Shown in pieces: positions 18,908 to 37,762 of a stretch of DNA of 64,000 nucleotides; position 1 is the first letter of the stretch, and the number at the start of each line of letters is the position of its first letter. Source of the DNA: the human T2T-CHM13v2.0 reference genome, Homo sapiens; assembly GCF_009914755.1 (NCBI RefSeq), contig NC_060941.1; one strand, 5' to 3'. Made by a program: the position numbers and the translations under genes. Below the pieces are notes generated by a model. The model did no database searches, was not told where the DNA came from, and saw only the letters and a list, made by a program, of their open reading frames with translations.

Positions 18908-19195
18908 TGGCCCAGTGTGGTGGCTCACACCAGCACTTTGGGAGGCTGAGGCAGGAGGATTGCTTGAGGCCAGGAGTTTGAGAGCAGCCTGAGTGATAGA
19001 GGGAGACCCCATCTCTACAAAAAATAAGAAATGTAGCCAGGTATGGTGCTGTGTGCCTGTAGTCCCAGCTGCTGGGAGGCTGAGGCAGGAAGATTGCTTG
19101 AGCCCAGGAGTTGGAAGCTGCAGTGAGCTATGATTGCACCCATCACTGCACGCCAGCCTGGGCAACGAGAGAGACTGTATCAACAAAACAAAACA
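18908..19195 (+). mobile_element. AluJ
   Basis: ttgcttgagcccaggag, gagctatgattgcacc. Confidence 0.9.
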
Positions 19196-19372
19196 TAAGA
19201 GGAAATAATAAACATGATCTGGTGCTCCACTCCATTAATCATCAGGAAAATGCAAATTAGAGCCGCAAGGCACTATCAGAGTGCCTAAAATGGGAAAAGA
19301 CAAATAATATCAGGTGTTGATAAAATACTCTGCTGGCAGGAGTATAAACATATCAAATAACAGTTTTGTGGC

Positions 19373-19754
19373 TGTATTAGTCCATTCTCACATTGCTAAT
19401 AAAGACATACCCGAGACTGGGTAATTTATGAAGGAAAGAGGCTTAATTGACTCACAGTTCAGCATGGCTGGAGAGGCCTCAGGAAACTTACAATCATGGT
19501 AGAAGGGGGAGCAAACATGTCCTTCTTCACATGGCGGCAGGAAGAAGAATGAGTGCTTAGTGAAGGGGAAGCCCCTTAAAAAACCATCAGATCTCGTGAG
19601 AACTAACTCACTATCACAGGACCAGGACTGGGGAAACTGCCCCCATGATTCAATTATCTCTACCTGGTCCTTCCCATATCCCCATAACACATGGGGATTA
19701 TGGGAATGACAATTCAAGATGAGATTTGAGTGTGGACACAGCCAAACCATATCA
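19373..19754 (-). mobile_element. THE1 (ERVL-MaLR) solo LTR
   Basis: tgtattagtcc...cagccaaaccatatca; TG..CA ends; 5-bp TSD gtggc/gcggc. Confidence 0.92.
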
Positions 19755-20507
19755 GCGGCATCTACTAAAGCTGACATGTGCCCATCTTATAACGCAGCAG
19801 TTCCACTCTTGGGTTTATACCCATTGGTAATGTGTCCATATATTTACCAAGAGACATGTGTTAGGATGTTCATTGTAACACTCCTATAATGGCCCCAAAC
19901 TGGACACTGTCCATGAATGCCCATCAACAATAGAATAGAAAAGTAGCTTGTGATATGTCATACAGTGGAATGCTATACAGGAATGAGTATGAATAGCCTA
20001 TAACTACATGCAACAAGTAGTCAAAACTCAGAAACATAATGTTGACTAAAAGAAGCCAGATGCATACTCTACGATTCCATTTATGTCAAGTGCAAAGCCA
20101 GGCAAAGCTAATGTATGCTGTTGGCAGTCACGATATTGGCTACCCTGGCTGGATGGAGGGTAGTGACTGTGGAGGAGGTGGCAGGAGGTGGCTTCTGATG
20201 GTGAGTGTGGGGGGATAGTGTTCTGGTTCTTGGCCTGAGGCTGATTCACATGGATGTGTTCAGTTCGTGAAAATTCCATGAGCAGTATGCTTTGTGAGCA
20301 AAAAATTTTCTGACCAATTTGATATGTCAATAAAAAGCTAAAAAGTGATTGACAGGGTATATACTCAGAAGAATTGAAAGCACGGACTGGAACAGATATT
20401 TGTACCACCCATGTTCATAGCAGCATGATTCACAGGAGCCGAGAGGTAGAAACAACCTAAATGTCCATGGATTGATGAATGAATGAACTAAATGTGGTTT
20501 ATACATG

Positions 20508-20872
20508 TGATATGGTTTGGCTGTGTCCCCACCCAAGTTTCATCTTGAATTGTAGTTCCCATAATCCCCATGTGTGGTGGGAGGGACCCAGTGGGAGGTA
20601 ATTGAATCATGGGGGAGTTTGCCTCCGTGCTGTTCTCATGATAGTGAGTGAGTTCTCATGAGATCTGATGGTTTTATAAGGGGCTTTTCTCTCCCTTCAG
20701 TCTATACTTCTGCTTGCTGCCACCATGTGTTTGCTTCCCCTTCTGCCATGATTGTAAGTTTCCTGAGGCCTCGCCAGCCATGGTGAACTGTGAGTCAATT
20801 AAGCGTCTTTCCTTTATAAATTACCCAGTTTCGGGTATGTCTTTATTAGCAGCATGAGAATGGACTAATACA
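20508..20872 (+). mobile_element. THE1 (ERVL-MaLR) solo LTR
   Basis: tgatatggtttggctgtgtccccaccc...ggactaataca; TSD acatg/acata. Confidence 0.92.
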
Positions 20873-22842
20873 ACATACAATGGGATATTACTCAGCCTTA
20901 AAATGGTAGGAAGTTCTCACACATGCTACAACTTGGATAAACCTTGAAGCTGTTATGCTTGGTGAAAAAAGCTAGACACAAAAGAACAAGTACTAGGCTG
21001 GGTGCTGTGGCTCAAGCCTGTAATCCCAGCACTTTGGGAGGTCGAGGTGGGTGGATCACCTGAGGTCAGGAGTTCAAGACCAGCCTGACCAACTTGGCGA
21101 AACTCCATCTCTACTAAAAAATACAAAAAAATTAGCCAGGTGTGGTGGTGGATGCCTGTAGTCCCAGAGACTCGGGAGGCTGAGGCACGAGAATCACTTG
21201 AACCCAGGAGTCAGAGGTTGCAGTGAGCTAAGATGGTGCCACTGTACTCCAGCCTGGGCAACAGAGAGAGACTCCATCTCAAAAAAAAAAAAAAAAAAAA
21301 AAAAAGACAAGTACCGTATGATTCCACTTATAGGACGCACCTAGAGTAGTCCAGTTCATACAGACAGAAAGCAGAATGGTGGTTGCCCGAGGTTAGGGGA
21401 GTGGCAATGGGGAGTTAGTGTTTAATGGGTACAGAGTTTCAATTTGGGAAGATGAAAAAGTTCTGGAGATGGAGGTGGTGATGATTGTGCAACAATGTGA
21501 ATGTACTTAATGCCATAGAACTGTATACTTAAAAATGGTTAAGGTGGTAAATTTCTTGTGCATTTTACCATAGTACAAAGATAGGTGATTGCAATAGATG
21601 ATTGCAGATAATAACACAACATACATACAGACAAAGACACACGAGCAGAAGCAATGGGCCGTACAAAGCTTCCTGTGCTTCGGGGCCTGGGAAGGAGCCC
21701 GGCAGGGGAGCTGTGAGGGCAGAGCAGAGGGGGTCTGGAAAACTGGGAAAGGACCCAGCGTGACCTTGGAGGTAGCAATAGGGTCAGCCCTGCTGGGCAC
21801 AAGGCTGACCTGCAGGCCCGACACATTTGAGGGTGCTCGGGCCAGCTGGCATGAAGCCGCTCTCTCTTGCTGGCACGTCAAAGCTGAATGTCCAACACCA
21901 TGACACCCTGGTCTGGCCTTTTTTTGAACTTGCACAGCTTTCCCGTCAGGTCCTGGAGACAGGGAGACTTTAGGCGGGGCGATTTGGCCCACGGAAGGGA
22001 AGGATTTCCCACGTGGGCTTTATTCTAGGGAGTGCGAGGTTGGCCACAGTCCTGACCTGACAGCCAGGGACCTGCTGCTCATAGGACATTTCAGAGTCAG
22101 AGCCAGATTCCTCAACACTTACGAGGTGTTCCTGTACCAGGCCGAGGCCCCTGTGATGGTGAGTGCCTCTGAGTGGGGCAGGGGTGGGGTGACCCATGGC
22201 TGGGTCTCACCGTGGGAGCAGGCTGCTGGCCATGTGGGGCCCGTGAGAGACCCGGCAGTCCAAGGACAGGTGTTTTGTTTTGAGCGTCCATTTCAGAATG
22301 AAAAGACGTGGTGTTAGCCCCTTTACCAGCAGGGACATTCCCAAAGAATGCTGCCCTCTGACACCTGGCCTTTAGGAAGAGCCCCCAGGAAGACACCACA
22401 CCTGGGCCGGATTTCCAGGGCCAGCCCCCTTGGGTCAGCTTGGTCTGCTCCACCTGCCCAGTCCTAGGAAATCCAGCTTTTCTTCCCTTTGCATTGCCCC
22501 ACCCCAGGCTTATTCATTAGGTGTCCTGTCACCTCTCCGGGCCTTTTCTGAAGGTATCTGGAGCCTGGTGTGTGTGTGTGAATGGTGGCCTTAAAAGGCT
22601 TAGGAACATTTGGGGGCTGAGAAAAGAATGCTCCCAGCTGGCAGGTGGATGTAGGAGGCATTAATCCAGAATCATTTTTCCTGTGGAGACGGCTTTGTTA
22701 TAAATCTGTCAAAACGTGGGCGTTCTTCAGTGTTCATGATATTATCCCTGGCTCCTGTGGGGACAGGGGTGGGAGTAAGGGCGCCTAGCTGAGAAACAGG
22801 ATTTTCTCCTAAAAGATGTTTGGTTCCTTGAGATCTGTTCTG

Positions 22843-22875
<33 letters not shown>

Positions 22876-22910
22876 GTCTCTGTCTCTCTGTCTCTCTCTG
22901 TTTCTCTCCT
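22843..22910. repeat. (CT)n microsatellite
   Basis: visible ctctct/ctgtct tract. Confidence 0.95.
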
Positions 22911-22926
22911 CCTTGACCTCACGCAG

Positions 22927-23008
22927 TTGGTAGAGTACAGCCAATTTGTCACTGGTTCTTTAGAACTGTGGGAATCCTCCCCCTCCCCCAAGTCCCCCAA
23001 ATGTGCAG
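22927..23008 (+). other. Candidate 82-nt cryptic exon
   Basis: (CT)n then ttgacctcacgcag acceptor; donor CAG|gtgagc. Confidence 0.3.
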
Positions 23009-23171
23009 GTGAGCTGGATAAGTAGGCAGCCTAAAGACAGAGGGAGGTGGGTTGAAGGGAAGGAAGAGGAAATGAATGGTGAGCAGACACACCCTGGTAT
23101 TCCGATTTAAAAAAAAAAAGAAATGCTAGTTGGGTGGGGATGGGGAGTGGGGAAACCAAGAGACCATCTGG

Positions 23172-23310
23172 ACCAGCTACTCCCAAAGCGTGGCCCCCCA
23201 ACCAGCAGCGTCAACAATATCGCCTGGGAACTTATTAGTGATGCAAACTCCTGGGCCCCATCCCAGACCTGCTGAATCAGAATCTGCACATCAAAGTTGG
23301 AGAAGCGCTA
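23172..23310. mobile_element. MER5A-type hAT DNA transposon
   Basis: cctgggaacttattagtgatgcaaa...gggccccatcccagacctgctgaatcagaatctgca. Confidence 0.8.
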
Positions 23311-23573
23311 AATAAACCACACTTCCTGGTCCAGAGATGGGAAGTGACTTGTCTGTGATCACACAGGTGGTTAATTGCAGAGAAGGACTTCCAGCCCACT
23401 GCCTCACCTGCCTTGCGGGTGAGATGGAGCAGTCGTACCTGACTCTTGGCACTCAGGGTTTGTGCCTTGGCGAATCTGGTTGTGTTTTGTATCTTGGGGG
23501 CAGAATTTTTGTGTGAGTTATTATCAACCAAAGATGGTTGAAGTGTGAAGCTGTAGGCCTGCCTCGGAGTTAG

Positions 23574-24280
<707 letters not shown>

Positions 24281-24816
24281 TAAAACTGTAGTACATTTTG
24301 TATTTGTGACACTCTCCAACTCTATGATTCTGAGGCAGAAGTTATCCTTTAAGCGCCAAATTTGTTTAGCTATTATTACCATATGTGAAACTGTTTGGAG
24401 ACATTTTGTAATCCCAACACTAATGTCTGTACCAATTTAATTTCCATATGCATTTTGTGTTTTAACTGTATTTTAATTAAAGACTGAAATGGAAATTCTG
24501 TGCACCTCAGTCAGTTGAGAGAAAAGAATCTTAGATGCTCAGATAAAATGTGATTTATGCTGTTGCAAAAAATGTGAAAGACATGTGGGCACTTACTCGC
24601 CGGTTATGACTGTTTCCAGATTATACATTGTTAGAAAGAAAAAAAGTCTGGGGGTGCGGGAGGAACGCTGTGTGAACGTGGAACCACTGACTTAGACCCC
24701 TGGCTCATTCAGCTGGAAATGGGATGTGGAAGCCCAGGTTGTGGCTGACTTCTTTGAACTTCTCCACAGGCTGGGGACATTCTGGTAATTGTTTTATTGT
24801 ATTTGTAGCCTACAGT

Positions 24817-25043
24817 GGGTGGTGGTCGGCAAACCATGGTCCATGGGCAGAATCTGGCTGGCCACCTACTTTTGTAAATAAAGTTTTATTGGCACACAGC
24901 CACACCCATTTGTTTAAGTACTGTTATAGCTGCTTTCGCACTGCAATGTCGGTGTTAAGTCACTGTGACAAAAACTGCATGGGCCGAAAAGCCCAAAATA
25001 TTTACTATCTGGTCCTTTGCAGAAAAGAGTTTGCCAAACCCTG
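24817..25043. mobile_element. MER58A hAT-Charlie element
   Basis: ttttgtaaataaagttttattgg...aaaatatttactatctggtcctttgcagaaaa; termini ggcaaac/gtttgcc. Confidence 0.85.
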
Positions 25044-25697
25044 GCCTGATACCTTTTTGGACAACATTTCCTAAGTTTTCTTTCTGCTGTTTGTCATAAA
25101 TGCTTGAAACCCATCTATTCACTGGCTCCCTCATTCATCAAACGTAGTTTGATCACAGTGGTAAGAAATCTTGCTTAGCTCAGGGGCTGTGGGCTCATGA
25201 CAAAAAAGAATGTAATCAAAGATTATAGGCTTGGCACAAAGAAACATTCAGTGAACTTGTGTAAGTTAGGGTTCTACAAATAACTGAATCCACTAATTCA
25301 AGGAGGAAGGGATTCATGCGAATTGGGATAACTCTCAGAATTGTTGGGAAGGCTGAAGAAAAGACTCTAGGCTGAGCTTTCAGGAACAAACTCCCCAACC
25401 CGCTCCCCAAACAGATCACCAAGGCTGCTACAATCAGGAAGTTACAGAAGCAGGCGGTGGGGATGTTATCATGCAGCCAGCCACAGAACCATAGCTCTGG
25501 CACAATCCACCCCAGGAAGGGGTGCCTCGTACCCTGGCCCTCTCCCTACTGCTTCACATCAAAGTCTAATCAGCAGAGCCGGAGTCACACGCAGAGGCTA
25601 CTGTGAGGAAGTCTGGGGAGGGTTTTCGACTTTCCGGCCTTTGGATGCTGATCAAATAATCCACAGACACCCCATGGTACAGGTCATTGTATCCTGA

Positions 25698-26345
<648 letters not shown>

Positions 26346-26369
26346 TGAAGTGTTTTTCTTTTTGACCTT

Positions 26370-27230
26370 TTTTTAAAATAATAAGAGAACATTGCCAAGT
26401 TTGAAATACTTCTCATTTTCCTTTTTAGTTCCATTCAATTTCTTTCTTCCCAGAAACAAATAGTATAGTCAGTTTATCTTTCTCTGTTTTTCACTTTAAT
26501 TACATGTATGCATCTTTGCACAATACAGAGTGTTGTCTGTGAGTTACTTTATCTGAGTGATATTTTAGTGGATGTTCCAGTCCCTGACTTACTGTGCTAT
26601 TAGATAGATCCATGTTACTACATAGAATTCCGTTTCATTCATTATAAGCAGTATATGGTTGCCATGCCATTGTATAAACAAGCTACAATGTATCCATTTT
26701 CTATCAATGGCCAGTCAGCTTTTCCCCAGTTTTTTCCTATTATAAACATTGTTGCAATAAGCAGCATTGTCCATATCTCCTGGGGTTATGAATGAGATTT
26801 CTCAAGGGTAGATACCAAGAGGCATAAATTGGTCATTTCCAGCTTTACTAGATATTGTCAAATTGCTTTCCAAGGTGATTGCAGCAATTCCCACCAGCTC
26901 TATGTGGAAATTTTCATCTGCCTATATTCTGGCTAACACTTGGTATTGTCAGACTTGTGTATTTTTGCCATTCCGATGGTGTGTGGTTTAAATTTGCATT
27001 TGCATTGTTGATTTAATTTGCATATGTCTGATTATTGTGAGGTTAAGCATCTTTTCATATGTTTATTGGCTATTTAGGTTTCCTTTGCTGTGACATGCAT
27101 ATTCATAGCTAGTGTGTGTCTTTTCTCTTGGGTTGTCTTTTTCTTATTTATTTGTTGGAGTTCTTTGTATATTCTGGATACAAGTCCTTTGTTGTACATG
27201 GTGCCATTATTTTCTCCCAGTCTGTTCCTG
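26370..27230 (-). mobile_element. L1M remnant
   Basis: ttaagcatcttttcatatgtttattggctattt, tatattctggataca. Confidence 0.8.
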
Positions 27231-27397
27231 TCCTTTTCCCCTGCTGTCCTTTTGTATCCTCTGACCTGATTTTTGCTTCATCAAATGCTTAAACGAGTGC
27301 AGAATGATGCTTCCCCACCAGGTGCAACCTGACTCAAAACCCAGGGTGTGTATCCGTGAGAAAACTTGACGACATCCCTTGAGGTGCTGCCTGGTGA

Positions 27398-28540
<1,143 letters not shown>

Positions 28541-28704
28541 GGCAAATGCTATGAATTTCAGAGAATAGCTAGCCTAAAAGTGAAGTGTAGGTGTGTGTGG
28601 TGGTGGTGGTAGGAGAGGTGAAGGGGGTGTCAAGGAAGAAAAATGCATCTGGGAGAGGCAGGTTCTTCTGGGAGGCACAGTTCCCCCAGAGAGGAGAGGC
28701 AATG

Positions 28705-29129
28705 CAGCTGATTCTTAAACAACTTAGGGGGTTTAGAGGCACTGACTGCCCCTCTGCAATAAAAAATCTGGATATTTTTGACTCCCCCAAAACGTAACTA
28801 CTAATAGCCTGTTGACAGGAAGGCTTACTGATAACATCGACAGTCAATTAACACATATTTTGCATGTTATATGTATTATATACTGTATTCTTACAATAAA
28901 GTAAACTAGAGAAAAGAAAATGTTATTGGGAAAATCGTAAAGAAAATATATTTACTATTCATTAAGTGGAAGTGGGTCATCATGAAGGTCTTCATCCTCA
29001 TTGCCTTCATGTTGAATAGGCTGAGGGGGAGGAGGAAGAAGAGGGGTTGGTCTCACTGTCTCAGGGGTGGCAGAGGCACCTGTAAATGGACCCACACAAT
29101 TCAAACCCATGTTGTTCAATGGTTAACTG
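28705..29129. mobile_element. Tigger2a-type TcMar DNA transposon
   Basis: terminal inverted repeats cagctgattcttaaacaac / gttgttcaatggttaactg; internal ctgtattcttacaataaagtaa. Confidence 0.85.
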
Positions 29130-29474
29130 AACATTTTAGTTGTCTATTGAACTAAAATTCAGTGGTCAACGGCCATTGTGGATTTTCACATTTTTCATCT
29201 ATTTAGAGTCCCCAGAAAACAGATAACGGGTGTTCAAGGAAGATGCCTCTTGGGTGAACAGGTACAAGCCAGGCGAAACCTAGCTGTGCCCATCGATCTG
29301 CCCCACTGCTATGAAGCTGCGCCTGTGGCTGTATCCCCTGCAAGGGAGCCCCAGTGGGGCCAAGGACAGGACACTCTGTGAACAGCTGCTGTAGATCCTG
29401 CCTTTTTGAAGATAAGTAAAGAGAAACCAAGTACATTTCTACAATTATGGAATCCACAAATAATGAGGTTCAGC

Positions 29475-30683
<1,209 letters not shown>

Positions 30684-31007
30684 TATCTGAAGGAGCCCGC
30701 TTCTGAAAATGATTATACAGCAAGCTCCGGGAGAACATGTCAGGAGATTGGCACCCTCTTATTGCAGGAAGACACTTTCTTTGTGCAATCCAAGCAGACT
30801 TTGCTCAGGAGAGGACAGTCCGAGACTAGAAGGCAGCAGAATGAGATGGAAATAGAGATGCCATATAGGGAGAGAGTATAGGAAAAAGCCAACTGCAGAA
30901 TCAAAATCCATATGGTACAGAGTAAGAGGCAGATTTTGTTCAAGGATGTTCACTGCAATGTTGTTTATAACAGCAAAAAAAGATGTCCAACGATGGGAGA
31001 TGAGCTA

Positions 31008-31358
<351 letters not shown>

Positions 31359-31636
31359 CTATTCAGATATTGTGTATTATTTATTGACTTAAAAGGAGTA
31401 AGGGAAAAAAAAGGAAGATTCAAGTGTAAGTATGACGGGTCTGATACTTTTAAAAAATGTGCATATGCTTACTTAGAAAAAGCTTTGCATGATTCTATTA
31501 ACATATTTAGGGTGTATAAGGTATATAAAAGTTACTTTTAATTACAAAATGCATCTATTTCTGTAGTGTTTGAATTTTTTGCAAAAAAATATATTGATGT
31601 TTTACTTGAGTTAAAAAAAAAAAAGATAAACATGGA

Positions 31637-31950
31637 GGCCGGGCACTGTGGCTCACACCTGTAATCCCACACTTTGGGAGGCCGAGGCAGGCAGATCTCC
31701 TGAGGTCAGGAGTTCGAGACCAGCCTGGCCAACATAGTGAAACCCTGTCTCTACTAAAAATACAAACATTAGCTGGGTGTGGTGGCGGGTGCCTGTAATC
31801 CCAGCTACTTGGGAGGCTAAGGCACGGAGAATCGCTTGAACCCGGGAAGAGGAGGTTGCAGCGAGCCGAGATTGTGCCGCTGCACTCCAGCCTAGGCAAC
31901 AGAGCGAGACTGTGTCTCAAAAAAATAATAACCATAAATAAATAAATAAA
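31637..31950 (+). mobile_element. Alu (AluS)
   Basis: full dimer. Confidence 0.95.
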
Positions 31951-32599
31951 AGTGGGATGAAAGATGTTACCAGTATAAACTGTTGGGCAGCACTTCTTCC
32001 TCTTTTCTCTCATAGCTCCTGGTTTCTACTGACCTGCAGAGTTTATGAAACTGCTGTTCCCATCTGTCTGTTCATGTCTGTCTTTGGATTGTGAACCACC
32101 CAAGGGCAGTCTGTATTTCTAGAACCTGACATGGTGGGAGGCTTCTGTGAGAGAAGATGCTACCTGCATTTTTCTTGGGTGGATGAGTGGTAGGCTTGGA
32201 AGATGGGGCAGGATGCTGGGGCGCCAGGCCGGGGGTGCAGTAGAAAATTCTGCTCTGTGCAAACTCCTGTTCGTCAGTTCTGTGACAGCTCCCCTCTCCT
32301 TCTGCCTCAGCTCCTTGAGAGAAAGGACTGTGTAAGTGGGTGAATGAAAAACTAATGAACTTGAGCTCATTCATTTGGGTGGGCCAGACAGCACCTTAAT
32401 ACCGATTCAGTAAGTTCAAGCCTTTGAGAGAGACTTTTGAGTTCAAGGATGTTCAACTCTTTGGGGTGAGCAAATAGGCAATGGAGGTGGTTTTGAGGTG
32501 TTCACCAAAGACCCACAATGCTGGCGTCAGCCTTGCATGTGTTCCCCAGGGTCTCCCGGGGGTCTCCTGCTCACCAGTTAAAGGCTTTCCTTCTCAGAG

Positions 32600-33150
32600 C
32601 TCATTGTCGGGAAGAGAAAGCCGGGCTCCTGGCTGGACCAGTGTCCTCATCCACGTGACGTTCCTGGAGCTGGACAGATCCCGGCTGAAATCTGGAGAGG
32701 GATTTGATAAATGCTCTAAACCCTCCCACTGTGTGCACTGGAGTTAATTTAAAAACCAGCTTCACAAACACACTCAGAGGCCTCAGAAGGAAAGCAGAGG
32801 GCAGGCAAGAGCCGAGGTCTGTGCCCTGACTCATCCTTCCCCCCCGGGGCGGGGACAAACGGCTCTGACATTTCCCGGGGCCGCAGCCCCCAGAGACAAA
32901 CGAACGGATGGGCCGTGGCGGAGTCTCTGGAGGCGCCGGGGCAGCCTTGGATGGGGCTTGCTGGTCTTGGCCGGCCGTGCGCGGTGGAGGAGGGCTGGCG
33001 AGGCGGCAGCAGCCGTGTACTCGCCGTCTCCGAGGCCGTGGAGGAAGGGATTTCGTGTTTCTCCCTCTATGAACAGTCGGAGAATTTTCCTCCCATAAAC
33101 AAAACAAACATGAGCCAAAGGGGCGGAGGCCCCAGGGGCAGGCTGGGTGG
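32600..33150. promoter_or_regulatory. CpG-rich non-repeat element, candidate enhancer or internal promoter
   Basis: dense CpG at 32845-33060; CACGTGACGT at 32652; AP-1 TGACTCA at 32827; GC boxes at 32846 and 33121; Forkhead-like AAACAAAACAAACA at 33097. Confidence 0.6.
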
Positions 33151-34637
33151 CCCTTTCTTTCAACCTCTCTGCATTTGTTTCTCCGGGGGCAGATTGTGGC
33201 AGCTTCTTAGAGCCCCAGAAAGCCGCCTGTGGGTGTTGTCATCTTGCTTGGTTAACCGAACACATTGCCTCTTGGTCCTAGCCAGGGCTCTGCTGTTCCT
33301 GGAGGAGCGGCTGTGGGCCAGCTAGACCCTTGTCCACAGAGGCGAGTGGCTCTGCAGAACATTCCACGGGGGTGGCAGAACAGGTGCCTCTTGGCATGGG
33401 CAGGCGGCATGGTGGGGTAGGCAGAGCCCCCGGGAGGGTCAGGAAGCAGCCACAGAGTTTTGAGCCACCCACCCACCCACCCACCAGCTTGCTGTGTGGC
33501 CTTCACCACGTCTTTCTCATCCCTGGGCCTTAGCCTCCCCATCTTTTGCTCCAGAAGTCGAGCTGGGTGATTTCTAGAGTCTCTACTCGCTGTTTGTTTT
33601 TGTGACCCGGGGAGGGGCAGCTGCGATGGTGGAGGGCACCCTTCTGAGGCCCCCTCCTCTCCCTGCCCTCTTTCTCTCCCCACATCTCTCTGATTTCCCC
33701 TTATTTCACTGACAAAGCTTAAAATCCCAGGGCTTTCTGTAGATAGTGGGGCTGCGGAAGACGGTGCCTGCCTCGGCTTGAAAACCAGGCCCAGAAAACA
33801 CTGCCATCCATCACGTTCTCATTGTCACCTAGGAAGGCCCCAGAAGGTCAGCTTCCAATTGCCTCTCAGTACAGAGCGCGTTTGTGTTGCTTGGGGACTG
33901 ACTGTCCTTTCACAGAACTTGTGGGAAAATACCTCTTCTCTTCTCCAGAAAAGGTGATGAGAAAGGTATTATTTAGAAGGTAGACAGGAAGGAGAAAGGT
34001 GGAGGCATATTCCACTCTATGAAAGGACGAGTATGGGATTGAAATATTTGTAAGCATGGGGCACATCCTATTAACAGTTGATGTCGGATATCTTGTCTGC
34101 TTTCAGGAAGGATTTGTGGCCGAGGTACAAGGGGTGGCTTTTGATATGAAAATGTGCATTGTGGCTCCCTGAATGAGGGGGGTGGGAGAGGGCTGGGATG
34201 GCCCCACTGGGCGGGGAGAGGAGCCTCTGGGAGCGACACCCGGGGAAGCTGTGAGGCGTGAAAGGGTGCTTTTAGGAAAGTCTGGATCAGACATGATGTT
34301 ATAGGAAAAAATGCAGCGTCTAAGGAAACAGCGCGTGAATAGAGAGAAAGCCGAGAGACAGGGCAGGGAGGCAGAGAGGACATAAAGCAGATTGGCATTG
34401 GCAGCCAGGGGAAGGAGCTGCCTGGTGGCAGGGGCCACAGACTGGAGGGAGGATGGCAGAGGACACTCTGCTTCCCAGGGAAGGGCCCGGCCTGGGGCGG
34501 AAACTTGCAGAATGGCTGATGACACCAGTAGTTGGGCTTGCGCTCCTCAGAAGCATGAGGACAGGTGGTTCACAGTGTCACTGGCCCTGGGTCTGCACCT
34601 GGACCAAGTAAAGCATTACCTCAAGAAGCTTTCATGT

Positions 34638-34976
<339 letters not shown>

Positions 34977-35303
34977 TCATCCCCTGCCTCCACCACCCAA
35001 CTGGTGGGTGGAGGACAGATTCCACAGTAGGAAAAAGAGTCTCTGCCTGTTGGAAAGGGCTGAGAGGTACCATCTGCCACCTTTTTGTCCCCCTCATGTT
35101 GGAAGTGAAAAGGGACAGGTGCCCTATCTCAGGGCTGCAAGCAATTTCTAGAAACGCTCAAGAGCGTAGCTCATGGGGCCATGCCACGTGGCCTCAAATC
35201 CAGGCTCTCCCATTTTCCAGGTATGTGTGACCTTGGGCATGCTACTGACTCCCTCTGTGCCTCAGTTTCGTCACCTGTAAAAGGGGTATAATGTCAGTGT
35301 CTA

Positions 35304-37140
<1,837 letters not shown>

Positions 37141-37164
37141 GTTAGTTCTTAGAAGTGCTTATCT

Positions 37165-37762
<598 letters not shown>

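Larger units (their letters stand above)
19200..21570 (+). mobile_element. L1M 3' fragments hosting both THE1 LTRs and an Alu at 20996-21305
   Basis: aaatgcaaatt, agaaacaacctaaatgtccat, aatgtacttaatgcca...tacttaaaaatggttaa. Confidence 0.8.

Noticed and set aside
24591-24650. Minus-strand 13-nt exon-like motif (cag TCATAACCGGCGA gtaagt)
   Set aside because: No pyrimidine tract directly before the AG, and opposite to the inferred transcription direction
32601-33325. Long ORFs on both strands over the CpG-rich element
   Set aside because: Explained by high GC content; no recognisable domain or convincing splice boundaries
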